A DNA stretch of 64,000 bases from Chiloscyllium plagiosum (taxonomy: Eukaryota). Of the stretch, positions 37,021 to 49,217 are shown in pieces. The translations under genes were made by a program, and so were the position numbers. Within the stretch, counting starts at the first letter, position 1, and the number at the start of each line of letters is the position of its first letter. The stretch is taken from positions 81,668,028-81,732,027 of the forward strand of contig NC_057718.1 in the NCBI RefSeq assembly GCF_004010195.1, written 5' to 3'. Under the pieces are notes generated by a model. That model was not told the origin of the DNA, ran no database searches, and saw nothing but the letters and a program-made list of their open reading frames with translations.

Positions 37021-38184
37021 TGTTAACTCCGCTTCAGCTTTTTGGACATGCCCACATCCTCCACTGTACCCCAGGCAAGGGGTTCTTCGGCAGGACTGGG
37101 AACCTCTCTCAAACAAACTGCCACGTACATGCCCACATCCATGCCATCCCGGGACGGTCGGGACCTCCACAGTTTGTTCTTCTGGTTTCTTAGTCTTCTT
37201 CCAAAACATTGTTCTGTCCGGAGCAGACTCACCGAACTGGAGACTTTTCCAGCTGATATACTCTTTTCCAGATATAAACATTCATGTGAACAGCAGAGCA
37301 AGGCTAAAAAACACATTCCATTCTGGTTACATACAGATAAGAAGATTCACACGGGGAGGTGTGTAATAAGATTCACACGGGACTAAGCAACACCTCCATT
37401 CCGGTTAGATTCACACATGTATTGGGACATAATTTTTAACCGTTTCACCACACTGAGATAGACAGATTTTTCTTCAGTAAAGGAATCACGGTCGATGGGG
37501 ATAAGGCAGGAAGGTAAAGTTGAGGAGTATTAGATCAGATTTGATAGGCTGAATGGCCTACTTGTGTTCCTATGTCTTATGGTCATATGTTTTAACTGTT
37601 GTAAGACCCAGTTGTGCACAAATCAACTGCTTCATTTCCTATGACAACTGCAATTCAGAAGTACTGCATTGACTGCAAGGCACATTGTGTGTGTGGGGGG
37701 AGGGAGCAGTATCCTCCAGTTATAAAGCACGTTATCTAAATGGAAATCAAATTTCTTTTATAAAATTGGATTTGAACAGGAGCCCAGTACCCATGAAGCA
37801 ATTGATTGTGTAATCCACTTCTCTCAGGAAAGTGAGACGTGCCTCTACGTCCTCTCATATTCCAGGCTTGACTATAAAGATGTAATTTGGGATATTCTAT
37901 CTCCTTCAGAGTAGACTGTCACTTTTCATTAAATTTGTTCTGGATTGAGGATTGTGGAAGGCATCCTGAAACACATTTTAAAATAATTTAGTGTGTGGAT
38001 CTCTGCCAAATATCTACAGATGTCATAGGTGGAATAACAATAAACTTTTAATAATGGTCCCCATCCTATTGCCATTAATGTCACCCAATGCACACAATTA
38101 GAGGAAATGGCTTCAAATACGATGCACAGCTGGAGCTCCCTGATGCTCCTGTTTGATACATTACTTTATTTTAGGATGTACTTC

Positions 38185-38580
38185 ATTTGGTAGTGTACAA
38201 GCTTCTGAGTCAGAAGGTCATGGTTTCAAGTCCCATGCTAGATATTTGAGCACATAATCAATGCTGACACTTCAGTGGTGTGCTGCAATGTCAAAGGTTA
38301 GACCATTAAGTTAGACCATTAGACCAGTAGGTTAATAACAGACTTCTAAAGGATCTCACAGGACCTTGAAGTAAAGTGAAAAGAATGAGGTGTCTTAGCC
38401 AATATTTATTTACCAAGAACCTTCACTAAAACAAAATAGATGATTATTATCACATTTTATTTGTTAGAAAATTGTTGCTGCAATTCATTGCTGCATTTCC
38501 TACATTGCAACAATGGCCACCACACTTCAAAAGTACTCCATTGGCTGCAAGGTGCTTTGGGGTATCCTGAGGTTGTGAAC
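38185..38580 (+). mobile_element. Deu-domain SINE relic (SacSINE1-like)
   Basis: tRNA-like head ctgagtcagaaggtcatggtttcaagtccc; core gccaatatttat; tail cacttcaaaagtac..attggctg. Confidence 0.65.
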
Positions 38581-38894
38581 CTTCTAAAATCCTTCATTCT
38601 CATTGTCCATCCAAACATTACCAGGAGTTTCTAAAAGGACCTGCAGTTGAGTTGCATCACTGATAAGGGAGAGTGTCAGAGCTGTACAAAGGGAAATCAT
38701 CTTGGAGGGTTCATCCACTGAGACATTATGGATAGACACACAATTAGGAGGAGTGCAATCACTTTGATGGGGTAGTACTACAAGCCTCCCAATAGCGAGG
38801 AGGAGTTAGAGGAACAATAGATGGACGGATTATGGAAAAATGTAAAAGCAACAGTGATATTGTGGTTCTGTTCACCGAGCTGGAAGTTTTTGTT

Positions 38895-38934
38895 GCAAAC
38901 GTTTCGTCCCCTGGCTAGGCGACATCATCAGTGC
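38895..38934 (-). ncRNA. Minimal hammerhead ribozyme motif (family B)
   Basis: GCA-CUGAUGA-U-GUCGCC..GGGGAC-GAAA-CGUU-UGC. Confidence 0.75.
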
Positions 38935-39449
38935 TTGGGAGCCTCCTGCGAAGCGCTTCTTTGATGTTTCCTCCGGTGTTTATAGTGGTCTGTCCCTGCC
39001 GCTTCCGGTTGTCAGTTTCAGCTGTCCGCTGTAGTGGTTGGTATATTGGGTCCAGGTCGATGTTTTTGTTGTTGGAGTTTGTGGATGAATGCCATGCCTC
39101 TAGGAATTCCCTGGCTGTTCTCTGTCTAGCTTGCCCTATGATAGTAGTGTTGTCCCAGTCAAATTCATGTTTCTTGTTGTCTGCGTGTGTGTGGCTACTA
39201 AGGATAGCTGGTCGTGTCGTTTCGTGGCTAGTTGATGTTCATGTATGCGGATTGTTAGCTGTCTTCCTGTTTGTCCTATATAGTGTTTTGTGCAGTCCTT
39301 GCATGGTATTTTGTACACTACATTAGTTTTGCTCATGTTGGGTATCGGGTCCTTGGTTCTGGTGAGTTGTTGTCTGAGCGAGGCTGTTGGTTTGTGTGGC
39401 TCGGGTGCTTGTTGTTGTGGTTCTGTTCGCCGAGTTGGAAGTTTTTGTT

Positions 39450-39489
39450 GCAAACGTTTCGTCTCCTGGCTAGGCGACATCATCAGTGC
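39450..39489 (-). ncRNA. Minimal hammerhead ribozyme motif (family B), tandem partner
   Basis: Same motif 555 nt upstream on the minus strand. Confidence 0.75.
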
Positions 39490-39963
39490 TTGGGAGCCTC
39501 CTGCGAAGCGCTTCTTTGATGTTTCCTCCGGTGTTTATAGTGGTCTGTCCCTGCCGCTTCCGGTTGTCAGTTTCAGCTGTCTGCTGTAGTGGTTGGTATA
39601 TTGGGTCCAGGTCGATGTGTTTGTTGATGGAGTTTGTGGATGAATGCCATGCCTCTAGTTGACATCAACTAGCCTCGAAACGACACGACCAGCTATCCTT
39701 AGTAGCCACACACGCAGACAACAAGCAACATGAATTCGACTGGGACAACACTACTATCATAGGGCAAGCCAGACAGAGAACAGCCAGGGAATTCCTAGAG
39801 GCATGGCATTCATCCACAAACTCCATCAACAAACACATCGACCTGGACCCAATATACCAACCACTACAGCGGACAGCTGAAACTGACAACCGGAAGCGGC
39901 AGGGACAGACGTCTATAAACACCGGAGGAAACATCAAAGAAGCGCTTCGCAGGAGGCTCCCAA

Positions 39964-40003
39964 GCACTGATGATGTCGCCTAGCCAGGGGACGAAACGTT
40001 TGC
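39964..40003 (+). ncRNA. Minimal hammerhead ribozyme motif (family B)
   Basis: gcactgatgatgtcgcctagccaggggacgaaacgtttgc. Confidence 0.75.
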
Positions 40004-41361
40004 AACAAAAACTTCCAGCTCGGCGAACAGAACCACAACAACGAGCACCCGAGCTACAAATCTTCGCACAAACTTTGAGCAACAGTGATGTTGTGATGGG
40101 TGATTTTTGCTTCCCCTATATTAACTGGGATTCACTTAATGCCAGGGGCTTTAATTTGGGGGTCGGGAAAGCGGGGTGGAATTTGTTGTGTGTCCAGGAT
40201 GGTGTTTTGAAACAATATGTAAATAATCTGACCATTAAAATGTACAACTACACCAGGAATGAGCCCTGACAGGAGATTGATCTTTCGGTGAGGGAGTATT
40301 TTGGGAAATGAGACCATAAATCTGTAAAATATTAGTTACTTATGGATAATGATAAGGGTAGTCCTCAGGTGAAAGTATTAAATTGGAGGAAGGCTAATTA
40401 CCCCAATAATAGACAGGAACAGGGGAACTGGGGGCAGTTGAGGGTAAATCCACATTTAGTTAATGGGAATCGTTTAAAGAACAGTTGATTAGAGTTCAGG
40501 ATCAGCATGTCCCTATGAGGATGCAGGATAAGGATGGAAAGATTCAGGTACCTTGCATGACAAGAGAAATTAATCAAAAAGAGAAAGGAGGTTTAGGAAA
40601 CTGGAGAAAAAAGCAGTATTATAATAGTCACATCATATGATCACTTGATAAAATTATATTATTCTGAAAAAATAAAATACTTTTCTACTTGGTTGTAAAA
40701 TCATATGCACATTAGAAAGTCATAACTGGAACAATTCTTTATAACATAATGTTGTTTCAAATCTATATCTTTGAGTGTATTTTCACACATTTTATCATTA
40801 CAAATTTCAGAAATAAGAGGTCAGCAACGTTACATTTTTACCTCAGGCGATTTCCGCTGAGAGAATATTGTGATTCAACCCAAACACCATCAGAAACACA
40901 TTTATATTGACTACCTCATTTTCATTTAAGGGAAATTATTCTGGTTAGTAATACAAATCTACCTGATTAAAACCTACTGTTGGTTTAGTATCTATTATTT
41001 AATGCTCTGTGCCAAAACAAATCACAGACATTTCTTTTACAAAATAAGTCATCTCCCATTCATCTACCTGGAACATTAGATTGCTTCATTTATTTAGTTA
41101 CTTATTGTATGTCTTTACAAAGAAATGGATAGGACTTGCAGGATAGGTCCAGGCCATTCGATCCAATGCTTCCTCCCCAGGTGCTTCCTTCCACTCTATT
41201 TGCTTAATCTCACCAGATTAACATTTTTTTTACCTCCCCCTAAAATACATCAGTGCAATGCGTTTTAAGCACTCCGTGTCATAGTGAGTTCTACATTAAG
41301 CAGGCTGGTTGTTTTGCTGATTATTAACAGTGAACAGTTTGAAATGGAAGGATCTTTTTTT

Positions 41362-41673
41362 TAGATTAGATTACATTACAGTGTGGAAACAGGCCCTTCA
41401 GCCCAACAAGTCCACACCGACCCGCCGAAGCATAACCCACCCATACCCCTACATTTACCCCTTAACTAACACTACGGGCAATTTAGCATGGCCAATTCAC
41501 CTAACCTGCACATCTTTGGACTGTGGGAGGAAACCGGAGCACCCGGAGGAAACCCACGCAGACACGGGGAGAACGTGCAAACTCCACACAGTCAGTCGCC
41601 TGAGGCGGGAATTGAACCCGGGTCTCTGGCACTGTGAGGCAGCAGTGCTAATCACTGTGCCACCGTGCCGCCC
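41362..41673 (-). mobile_element. Full-length young HE1-type V-SINE
   Basis: Minus gggcggcacggtggcacagtga..ggttcaattccc, V-domain, CR1-like tail, (aatct)n; CpGs retained. Confidence 0.95.
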
Positions 41674-42442
41674 ACAACAGTTCCTTATGAAACCGGCAGT
41701 CATTTAATTATCAAGGGTTCACCCTTTAATTATCAAGGGTTCATTATCAAGGGATCAAACCAAATTGGCCACCTAAATCCAAGTTTTCTTTAAAACTGGA
41801 TCCTAATCATTAAAGTTGATGCCCAGGCCACAACCAGAAATGAATTTTGTTGGGAGGGAAGTTGAAAAAATGCTTCAAACAAAAATCATTAATCTAAGAG
41901 GAAAGTTGGCTGGCCAGACAAGACAGAACACATTTTGGTTAATGGGAAGGATGTTTTTCTTTTAAAATATTTGCATGCCGAAGATACAATATGTCCAAAT
42001 GCAACTACATATTCTCTGGTAATTTGAAATAAAAATAGACAAATTATGCAGAGAAAAACAATATTTCAAGGCTATGGTAATGTATTCAGTTCCTGTGTTA
42101 AAGGAATTGTCCAGTGTAAACATTTGTACTTTGTCCCCAATTTTAAGTGCCACGTTTGACAGTTCTGCTCATTGTACCGAACTTCATGAGGGATGGGACT
42201 AATGGGAACTTCAGCACTGAGGTTATAAATGTAGTGGTTGGCTGCATAGTTTTCTCTCCACAAGTTTTAAGTTGACCTCATTGCTTCCTCTCTTGCCTCA
42301 CTCATTAACTGCAAGCAATCTTCTTGAAGTTCACTATCCACATAAGTCAAGATATGGTGCTTTGGAAAATTTGTGAGAATGAGACAAGGGACTGGCTTAT
42401 TCAAAAGACATGAACTGTGCTACCATTCTTCTGTCCTAAGTC

Positions 42443-44600
42443 GTGATGTGGAGGAGCCGGCATTGGACAAAGTTAAAAATCACACATCACCAGCTCTAAA
42501 CCAGCATCCCCCACGTTGATGCATCGCTGCAACAGCCTCAGTACTCAACACCAACAACTGCCAATCTCTGAGCACCATCCTACGACTCATCCACTTCATC
42601 CTCGATCACAACGCTTTCACCTTTGACAATCAGGTCTTCATCCAGACATATGAACAGTTGTGGGGACCAAATTTGTACCCGAGTATGCCAACATATTCAT
42701 GCACATGTTCAAATGAGGCTTCTTTTCTGCACAGGACCTCCAACCAACGATACGTATCAGATATATTGATGACATTTTCTTCCTCTGGCGAGGAGTCACT
42801 GAAACACCTTCACAGTGTTATCAACGAGTTTCATCCCAATATCAGGCTTACCATGGACTACTCTTTAGTACCTGTCTCATTCTTGGACACATGCATCTTC
42901 ATTAAGGATAGGCACCTCAGCACCTCACTCAACCACAAACCCACAGATAACCTCACAATGCTACACTACTCTAGCTTCCACCCTGAGCATATTAAACAGC
43001 CATCCCCTACAGACAAGCCTTACACATACATTTCTTCTCAGATGAGAAGAAATGCGATGGACACCTGAAGGTGCTCAAGGGTGCCCTTGTAACAACAGGG
43101 TACGATGCTCAACTCCTGGATCACCCATTCCGCTGTGCCACAGCGAGGAACTGTAATGACCTCCGGGGAGACAGATTCAGAATGCGACCAATAGGGTACC
43201 CTTTGTTGTTCAGTGTTTCCTGGGAGCAGAGAAACTATGCCATGTTCTTTACGATCTGCAGCACATTATCAATGAGGGTAAGCACTTCGCCAAGACTTTC
43301 CCTACGCCTCACTTCTTGCCTTTAAACAACCACCAAACCTTAAACAGAACATTGGTTACAGCAGACTGCCCAGCCTTCGGGATGACATCAACCAAAACAT
43401 CGTACAACCTTGTCATGGCAGCCACTGCCAGACGTGTCAGAGTGTCGACATGGATACCACCATTACACGTGGGGACACCACCCATTGTGTATGTGGCAGG
43501 TGCTCATGTGATTCAGCCAATGTTGTCTATCTTTTACACTGCAGGCAAGGATGCCCTGAGGTATGATACATTGGTGAGACCAAGCAGATGTTACAACAAT
43601 GGATGAATGGACACTGCACAACAATCAGCAGACAAGGGTGTTTCCTCCAAGTCGGGGAACACTTCAGTGGTCAGGGACCTTCGGCCTCAAATCGTTGCCG
43701 ACTGTCCTCCAAGACAGACTTCGGGACAGACAACAACACAAAGTAGCTGAGAAGAGACTGATAGCCAAGTTCGGTGCCCATGAGGATGGCTCAACCGGAA
43801 TCTTGGGTTCATGTCACACTACAGGTGACCCCACTACACCACACAATCTCTCACTCACACGCAAGCACACACACACACACACTCACGCAGACCATCTCTC
43901 ATTCACACGCTCTCTGTCATATACACACACATGCACCCCACACTCACACCCATGCAATACTCTCTCACATGCTTATACTCCATCACACTCACACACACAC
44001 TTTACCAAGTTTGTACGCACACAAACACACCCTCTCTCACTTGCATTCACAATCACACGCACACACTCACTCTCTCTCACATGCATGTGCACATTTATAA
44101 GTCTATGGGGTGAATTTGTATTTACAGATTCATATTTTCAGATAGATTCTATTTTGCTCAAAAAATGCACAATCTGCACGCAGTCAATGCAGGCAGTCAA
44201 TACATGTAGTATTTGGTAAATTCCACTTTGGAAATAGAATCAATCTGACTCAAGATTGGGATACAGACAGACTCTAATCTCACATATTTAATGCATTGTC
44301 TGAGCTGAGATATCACTTTTTAAAATAAAACCTTAAGTTATCCCAATAATGTGACTTAAAAGAAGTTCTGGAATTTACATATGAATGAACCAAAACCTGC
44401 AACCCATTCTAAAAGATGAAAGATTTAACAATAATCTAGGTTTGTTCAATATATAATTTCAGTTGCATGACACTGTAAACCTTTGCTTTAAACTCTGTAT
44501 CTTATGGTCCTGCTCCACAGCAACCTGGTGAAGGAGCAGTGCTCTGAAAGCTAGTGCTTCCAAATAAACCTGTTGGACTATAATCTGGTGATTTCTAACT
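42443..44600 (+). mobile_element. Neptune-type PLE (family C), decayed RT, Cys linker, GIY-YIG, CA-rich 3' region and terminus
   Basis: RYIDD-like cagatatattgatgac, FHPNIRLTM..SFLD..KPTD, PCHGSHCQTC, NVVY..C..YIGET; hammerhead variant 44525-44553; inverted tail 42443-42493. Confidence 0.88.
43845..44092. repeat. Imperfect (CA)n/(CT)n low-complexity tract
   Basis: Direct reading. Confidence 0.9.
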
Positions 44601-45094
44601 CTTGAAACACTTACCAAAATGCTGTTACAAAAGCAAACAAGAATCTTTCCAGCACAATGGCCTGTGTAGAATGCTTTTGCAGCTGTTATTGCTGGATTCA
44701 TCTCTTCCCTTCTCTGACCTCTCTCCTTGCACCCCCTGTAAACTTGACTTAGTCTGACACCCTGATGATGTATCACGTCTCATGTAGTACCATTCACTCA
44801 TTAGCCAGTCCAAAGAAATCTCAATTTTAAACTTCTCATCCTTATTTCCACATCGATTCCTGACCCCACTCCTCCTCACCAATCCAGCTCAACATCTTCC
44901 CTGCATTCCTTGAATTCTAGCCGTTTGCACATCCTCAATCTTCATCACTTCACCATTAGCCGCCTTACGTTCAGCAGCTTGGGCCTACGCTGTGGCATTT
45001 TCTATGTCAATGCCAGCACCTATATCACTCCGTCTTCAAAATGCTCCTGAAAACCTGCCTGTTTGATCATACTTTTGATCATCATTTTCTCCTT

Positions 45095-45541
45095 AGAAAC
45101 AATGGTGACTGGAGAATTCCAAATATTAAACCTTTGTTTCAAACAAAAGAGTGTTAAGATAAGCCAGGAAACTACAGGCCAGTCAATATAACCTTATTGA
45201 TGGAACACATTCAGAAATCATAATCTGGGACATAATCCATTGGACAAATATGGAATAATTAAGGAAAGACAGGAGCGAATTGCATTTAACTAACTGACTA
45301 AGGATTTTTGATGAGCTAGTAATGAGGATTGATGAGTGCAAAGTGGTTGCTTTCAGACCGGAGAATGGTGCATTGTGGGCTTCCTAGAGAGCAATGTTAT
45401 GATGTTTGTGCTGCTTGATATATATTATTGACCTTACCTTGTGCTGACACAGGATAATTACAAAATTTGTTGATGACACAAAACCTGGAAGTGTGCATTG
45501 AATTTTGAGGAGGATAATGATAGACTTCAAGAGGACATTGC
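45095..45541 (+). mobile_element. Old CR1 RT fragment
   Basis: DKPGNYRPV, KFVDDTK. Confidence 0.7.
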
Positions 45542-47123
45542 TGAAAATGTGTTGCTGGAAAAGCACAGCAGGTCAGGCAGCATCCAAGGAACAGGAGAAT
45601 CGACGTTTCGGGCATGAGCCCTTCTTCAGGAATGAGGAAAGTGTGTCCAGCAGGCTAAGATAAAAGGTAGGGAGGAGGGACTTGGGGGAGGGGCGTTGGA
45701 AATGTGATACGTGGAAGGAGGTCAAGGTGAGGGTGATAGGCNNNNNNNNNNNNNNNNNNNNNNNNNNNNNNNNNNNNNNNNNNNNNNNNNNNNNNNNNNN
45801 NNNNNNNNNNNNNNNNNNNNNNNNNNNNNNNNNNNNNNNNNNNNNNNNNNNNNNNNNNNNNNNNNNNNNNNNNNNNNNNNNNNNNNNNNNNNNNNNNNNN
45901 NNNNNNNNNNNNNNNNNNNNNNNNNNNNNNNNNNNNNNNNNNNNNNNNNNNNNNNNNNNNNNNNNNNNNNNNNNNNNNNNNNNNNNNNNNNNNNNNNNNN
46001 NNNNNNNNNNNNNNNNNNNNNNNNNNNNNNNNNNNNNNNNNNNNNNNNNNNNNNNNNNNNNNNNNNNNNNNNNNNNNNNNNNNNNNNNNNNNNNNNNNNN
46101 NNNNNNNNNNNNNNNNNNNNNNNNNNNNNNNNNNNNNNNNNNNNNNNNNNNNNNNNNNNNNNNNNNNNNNNNNNNNNNNNNNNNNNNNNNNNNNNNNNNN
46201 NNNNNNNNNNNNNNNNNNNNNNNNNNNNNNNNNNNNNNNNNNNTGAGTTGGTTGGTCCGGGTGTCCCAGAAGTGTTCTCTGAAACATTCCGCAAGTAGGT
46301 GGCCTGTCTCCCCAATATAGAGGAGACATTGGAGACATTGCGGTCCTTGAAGAAGGAGGCCATCTGTGTTGTGCGTTTTTGGAACTGGTCCTCCTGGGAG
46401 CAGGTGCGGCGGAGTCGAAGTAATTGGGAGAATGGGATGGCGTTTTTACATGGGGCAGGATGGGAGGAGGTGTAGTCCAGGTAGCTGTGGGAGTCGGTCG
46501 GTTTGTAGTAGATGTCTGTGTTGATTCGGTCGCCTGAGATAGAAATAGAAAGGTTGAGGAAGGGGAGGGAGGAATCTGAGACTGTCCAGGTGAATTTGAG
46601 GTCTGGGTGGAAGGTGTTGGTGAAGTGGATGAACTGTTCAACTTCCTCGTGGGAGCACGAGGCGGCGCCGATACAGTCATCGATGTAGCGGAGGAAAAGG
46701 TGGGGGGTGGGGCCAGTGTAGTTGCGAAAGATGGACTGATCCACATATCTTACGAAGAGGCAGGCATAGCTGGGGTCCATGGCTACTCCTTTGGTTTGGA
46801 GGATGTGGGAGGATTGGAAAGAGAAGTTGTTCAGGGTGAGGACCAGTTCAGTCAGTCGAAGGAGGGTGTCAGTGGAAGGGTACTGGTTGGTACGGCGGGA
46901 AAGGAAGAAGCGGAGGGCTTTGAGTCCTTCGTGATGGGGGATGGAGGTGTACAGGGACTGGATGTCCATGGTGAAGATAAGGCTTTGGGGACCGGGGAAG
47001 TGAAAATCATGGAGGAGGTGGAGGGCATGGGTGGTGTCCCGAACGTAGGTGGGAAGTTCTTGGACTAAGGGGGACAGGACCGTGTTGAGGTATGCAGAGA
47101 TGAGTTCAGTGGGGCACTTTCTC
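45542..47123 (-). mobile_element. Young Neptune-type PLE (family A) with RT region; spans a 502-N gap
   Basis: MDIQSLYTSIPH, KGVAM..PSYACLF, LRYIDD, YYKPTDSHSYLDY; 17-bp TSD cttcaagaggacattgc 45525-45541/47124-47140; intact hammerhead ~45602-45629 minus; internal deletions. Confidence 0.93.
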
Positions 47124-47224
47124 CTTCAAGAGGACATTGCAATGAATTCTGTGCAGAAAGCCAGCATTCTGTGAAAATGGCAACATTTTAACATTTGGGC
47201 GTACACAGTTCTAATGATTTAGAC

Positions 47225-47735
47225 TCAGAGTCATAAAATCATACAGCATGGAAACAGACTCTTATGCCCAACTAGTCCATGCTGACCATAATCTCAAACT
47301 AAACTAGCCCCACCTGCCCATGGTTGGTCTATATCTCTACAAACATTTCTTACTCATGTAAATGTGTTTTAAATGTTGTAACTGTACCTGCATCCACCAC
47401 TTCTTCTGGAAGTTCATTCCATACACAAACCACTCTGTGTGTAAAAGAATTGCCCCTCATGTCTTTTTAAAATCTCTTTCCTCCCACCTTAAAATTGTGT
47501 CCCCTAGTTTTGAAATTCCTCCATCCTATGGAAAATGTAAGTGTTATTCACCATATCTATGGCCCTCATGATTTTATAAATCTCTATAAGGTCACCTTTC
47601 AACCTCCTATGCTCCAGTGAAACAAAGTCCCAGCCGATCCAGCCTCTCCTTATAACTCAAACCCTCCACTCCTGGCAATATCCTAGCAAATCTCTTCTGA
47701 ACCCTCTCCAGTTTAATAATATCCTTCCTATAACA
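47225..47735 (-). mobile_element. CR1 LINE 3' fragment
   Basis: Reverse complement of the CR1 3' end as in 10280-10745. Confidence 0.9.
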
Positions 47736-47744
47736 AATTTGATT

Positions 47745-48695
47745 GTTCCAAAATTAATTACATGCAATTCTGCCTCGAAATAAGGGTGGAACTAATTGCA
47801 GAGTTTCCACTAAGTCATGAAGGACAGTTTAGGCGTTGCTGAAGAGCAGTTCTGGGTTGAATAGAGAAGGACAGACAGACAGCTGCTGGTAACTGTGCAG
47901 CTAAAAGCAGCTGAACCTGCATGGATTTTGTATAGTGAGAACTAAAGGAAGTCCAATGGTAGTTGAGTAGCTCTGGGACTCATTGAAGTCATAAGAGCTG
48001 TGAAGGGCTTTAAAGAAGTCTGTATTGCGAGTCAGGATGAAAGGCTTATAAGACATATTTTCTTAATGCAACTGAGTTATATTGCAGATCAAGGACAAAA
48101 TCCAGTAGTGCTGGTTAGGTGAAACTATACAATCAAGTAAACATTGGCATTGTGCCTATGTGGCGGTATAGTTTCATAGCCAAAGGAAGTGTGGACACAG
48201 GGCAGGTGAGTGAGTGACTAGAGCAGGACCAGTTGTTGAGGCAGTGCACAATGGAATGGCTCAATTTCAAAGCCTGATCAACAAAACTTAAAAATGATAA
48301 TACCCTGTGAAGTTTAGTGAGATTTGATGCATTCTTAAATGTCAAGAGGGAATTGCTGACAAATCCATGAGATGTGTCTTGATCACGTTTGCTATTGGAT
48401 GTGTGCAGGGCATAAAATCACAGTCTATTCCCCATGTTTGCCACATGTAAATTTTGAGTATTGGGATACGAATTGCATGTGTATTGTAGATTGTACTAGA
48501 ATTCCATCTTGTATAGTATTGTTGTTTATTCAAAACCCTGGAATCTTGCAGTTTTATTCCCATAGAAAGTTCTTTGGATCTCACTCTTATCTACTTTAGA
48601 AATAAAGATTTCTGGTCTTTAATCAGGTCATAACATAATTTGATTATCTCATCTGGGGTCATAACCTAATTTTGGTCTGACCTGGGATCGTGACA
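47745..48695 (+). mobile_element. Possible old solo LTR
   Basis: aataaa at ~48601 followed by three reiterated ..ggtcataaca/gatcgtgaca ends; start and TSD not resolved. Confidence 0.35.
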
Positions 48696-48984
48696 ATGTT
48701 TCAGTTTAATGGAATGAGTGGGAAATGGCAGGTGAAAGTTAATGTAGAGAGATGAGGATTGATTAAATTTAGTTGGAAGGAAGAGGAGAGGTACTATAAA
48801 ATAGAGAATCAAATCTTAAAGGGTGTATAGGTGCAGTGGGACCTAGGATATAGGTGCAAAAATGGAAGGGGAAGTTAAGAAAGCAGTTAATAAAGCATAA
48901 GAGATCTTGGACAAAAGCAAGGAAATTATAATAAACCTGCGTGAGAAAAGTTCTGTCTCGACTCAAGTGCTGTTTCTGAGTTGA

Positions 48985-49217
48985 CACTAATGCTCCAAAA
49001 AGCATCCCACCCAGAACCACACCCTATCACTGTAACCCTGCATTTACCTTGGCTAATCCATGTAACCTGTACATCTTTGGACTGTGGGAGGAAACCAGAG
49101 CACATGGAGGAAACCCATGCAAACACAGGGAGAATGTGCAAACTCTACACAGACAGTCACCCAAGGGTGAAATCAAACTCGAGCGCTGAGGCAGTAGTGC
49201 TAACCACCGTACTGCCC
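48985..49217 (-). mobile_element. HE1-type V-SINE (diverged)
   Basis: ctttggactgtgggaggaaacc..gtgcaaactctacacagacag. Confidence 0.9.

Larger units (their letters stand above)
36152..37452 (-). mobile_element. Young, internally deleted LTR element (ERV-like): full LTR 36152-36596, partial LTR 37218-37452
   Basis: TG..CA ends; 5-bp TSD ctgag 36147-36151/37453-37457; 36388-36596 repeated at 37218-37452; minus TATAA 36297-36301 and AATAAA 36243-36248; CpG-rich. Confidence 0.85.
33535..37590 (+). mobile_element. Old CR1 ORF2 to 3' end, interrupted at 33694-34850 and 36152-37452
   Basis: ELIKYFASVF, NYRPV.L, GVSQGSVLGP, 3' tail ..gtcttatggtcatat; continuity across both insertions. Confidence 0.85.
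38859..40077. mobile_element. Young Poseidon/Penelope-type PLE (family B): two tandem minus pLTRs with GIY-YIG plus an inverted plus copy
   Basis: NVVYKIPCKDCTKHYIGQTGRQLTIRIHEH (39136-39483 minus); TSD agcaacagtgat 38847-38858/40078-40089. Confidence 0.92.
38660..40600 (+). mobile_element. CR1 ORF2 endonuclease region, interrupted by a PLE
   Basis: MG.YYKPPNS before and VVMGDFCFPYINW after the insertion. Confidence 0.8.

Noticed and set aside
36701..37366. 221-aa Ser/Gln/Phe-rich ORF
   Set aside because: Translation of a pentanucleotide microsatellite and LTR
41703..41752. Short direct repeats of ttatcaaggg
   Set aside because: Local slippage duplication with no further structure
43599..44219. 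His/Thr-rich ORFs
   Set aside because: Translation of a (CA)n tract
45655..46746. Long ORFs crossing N runs
   Set aside because: Inflated by the assembly gap; only the PLE RT frame is meaningful
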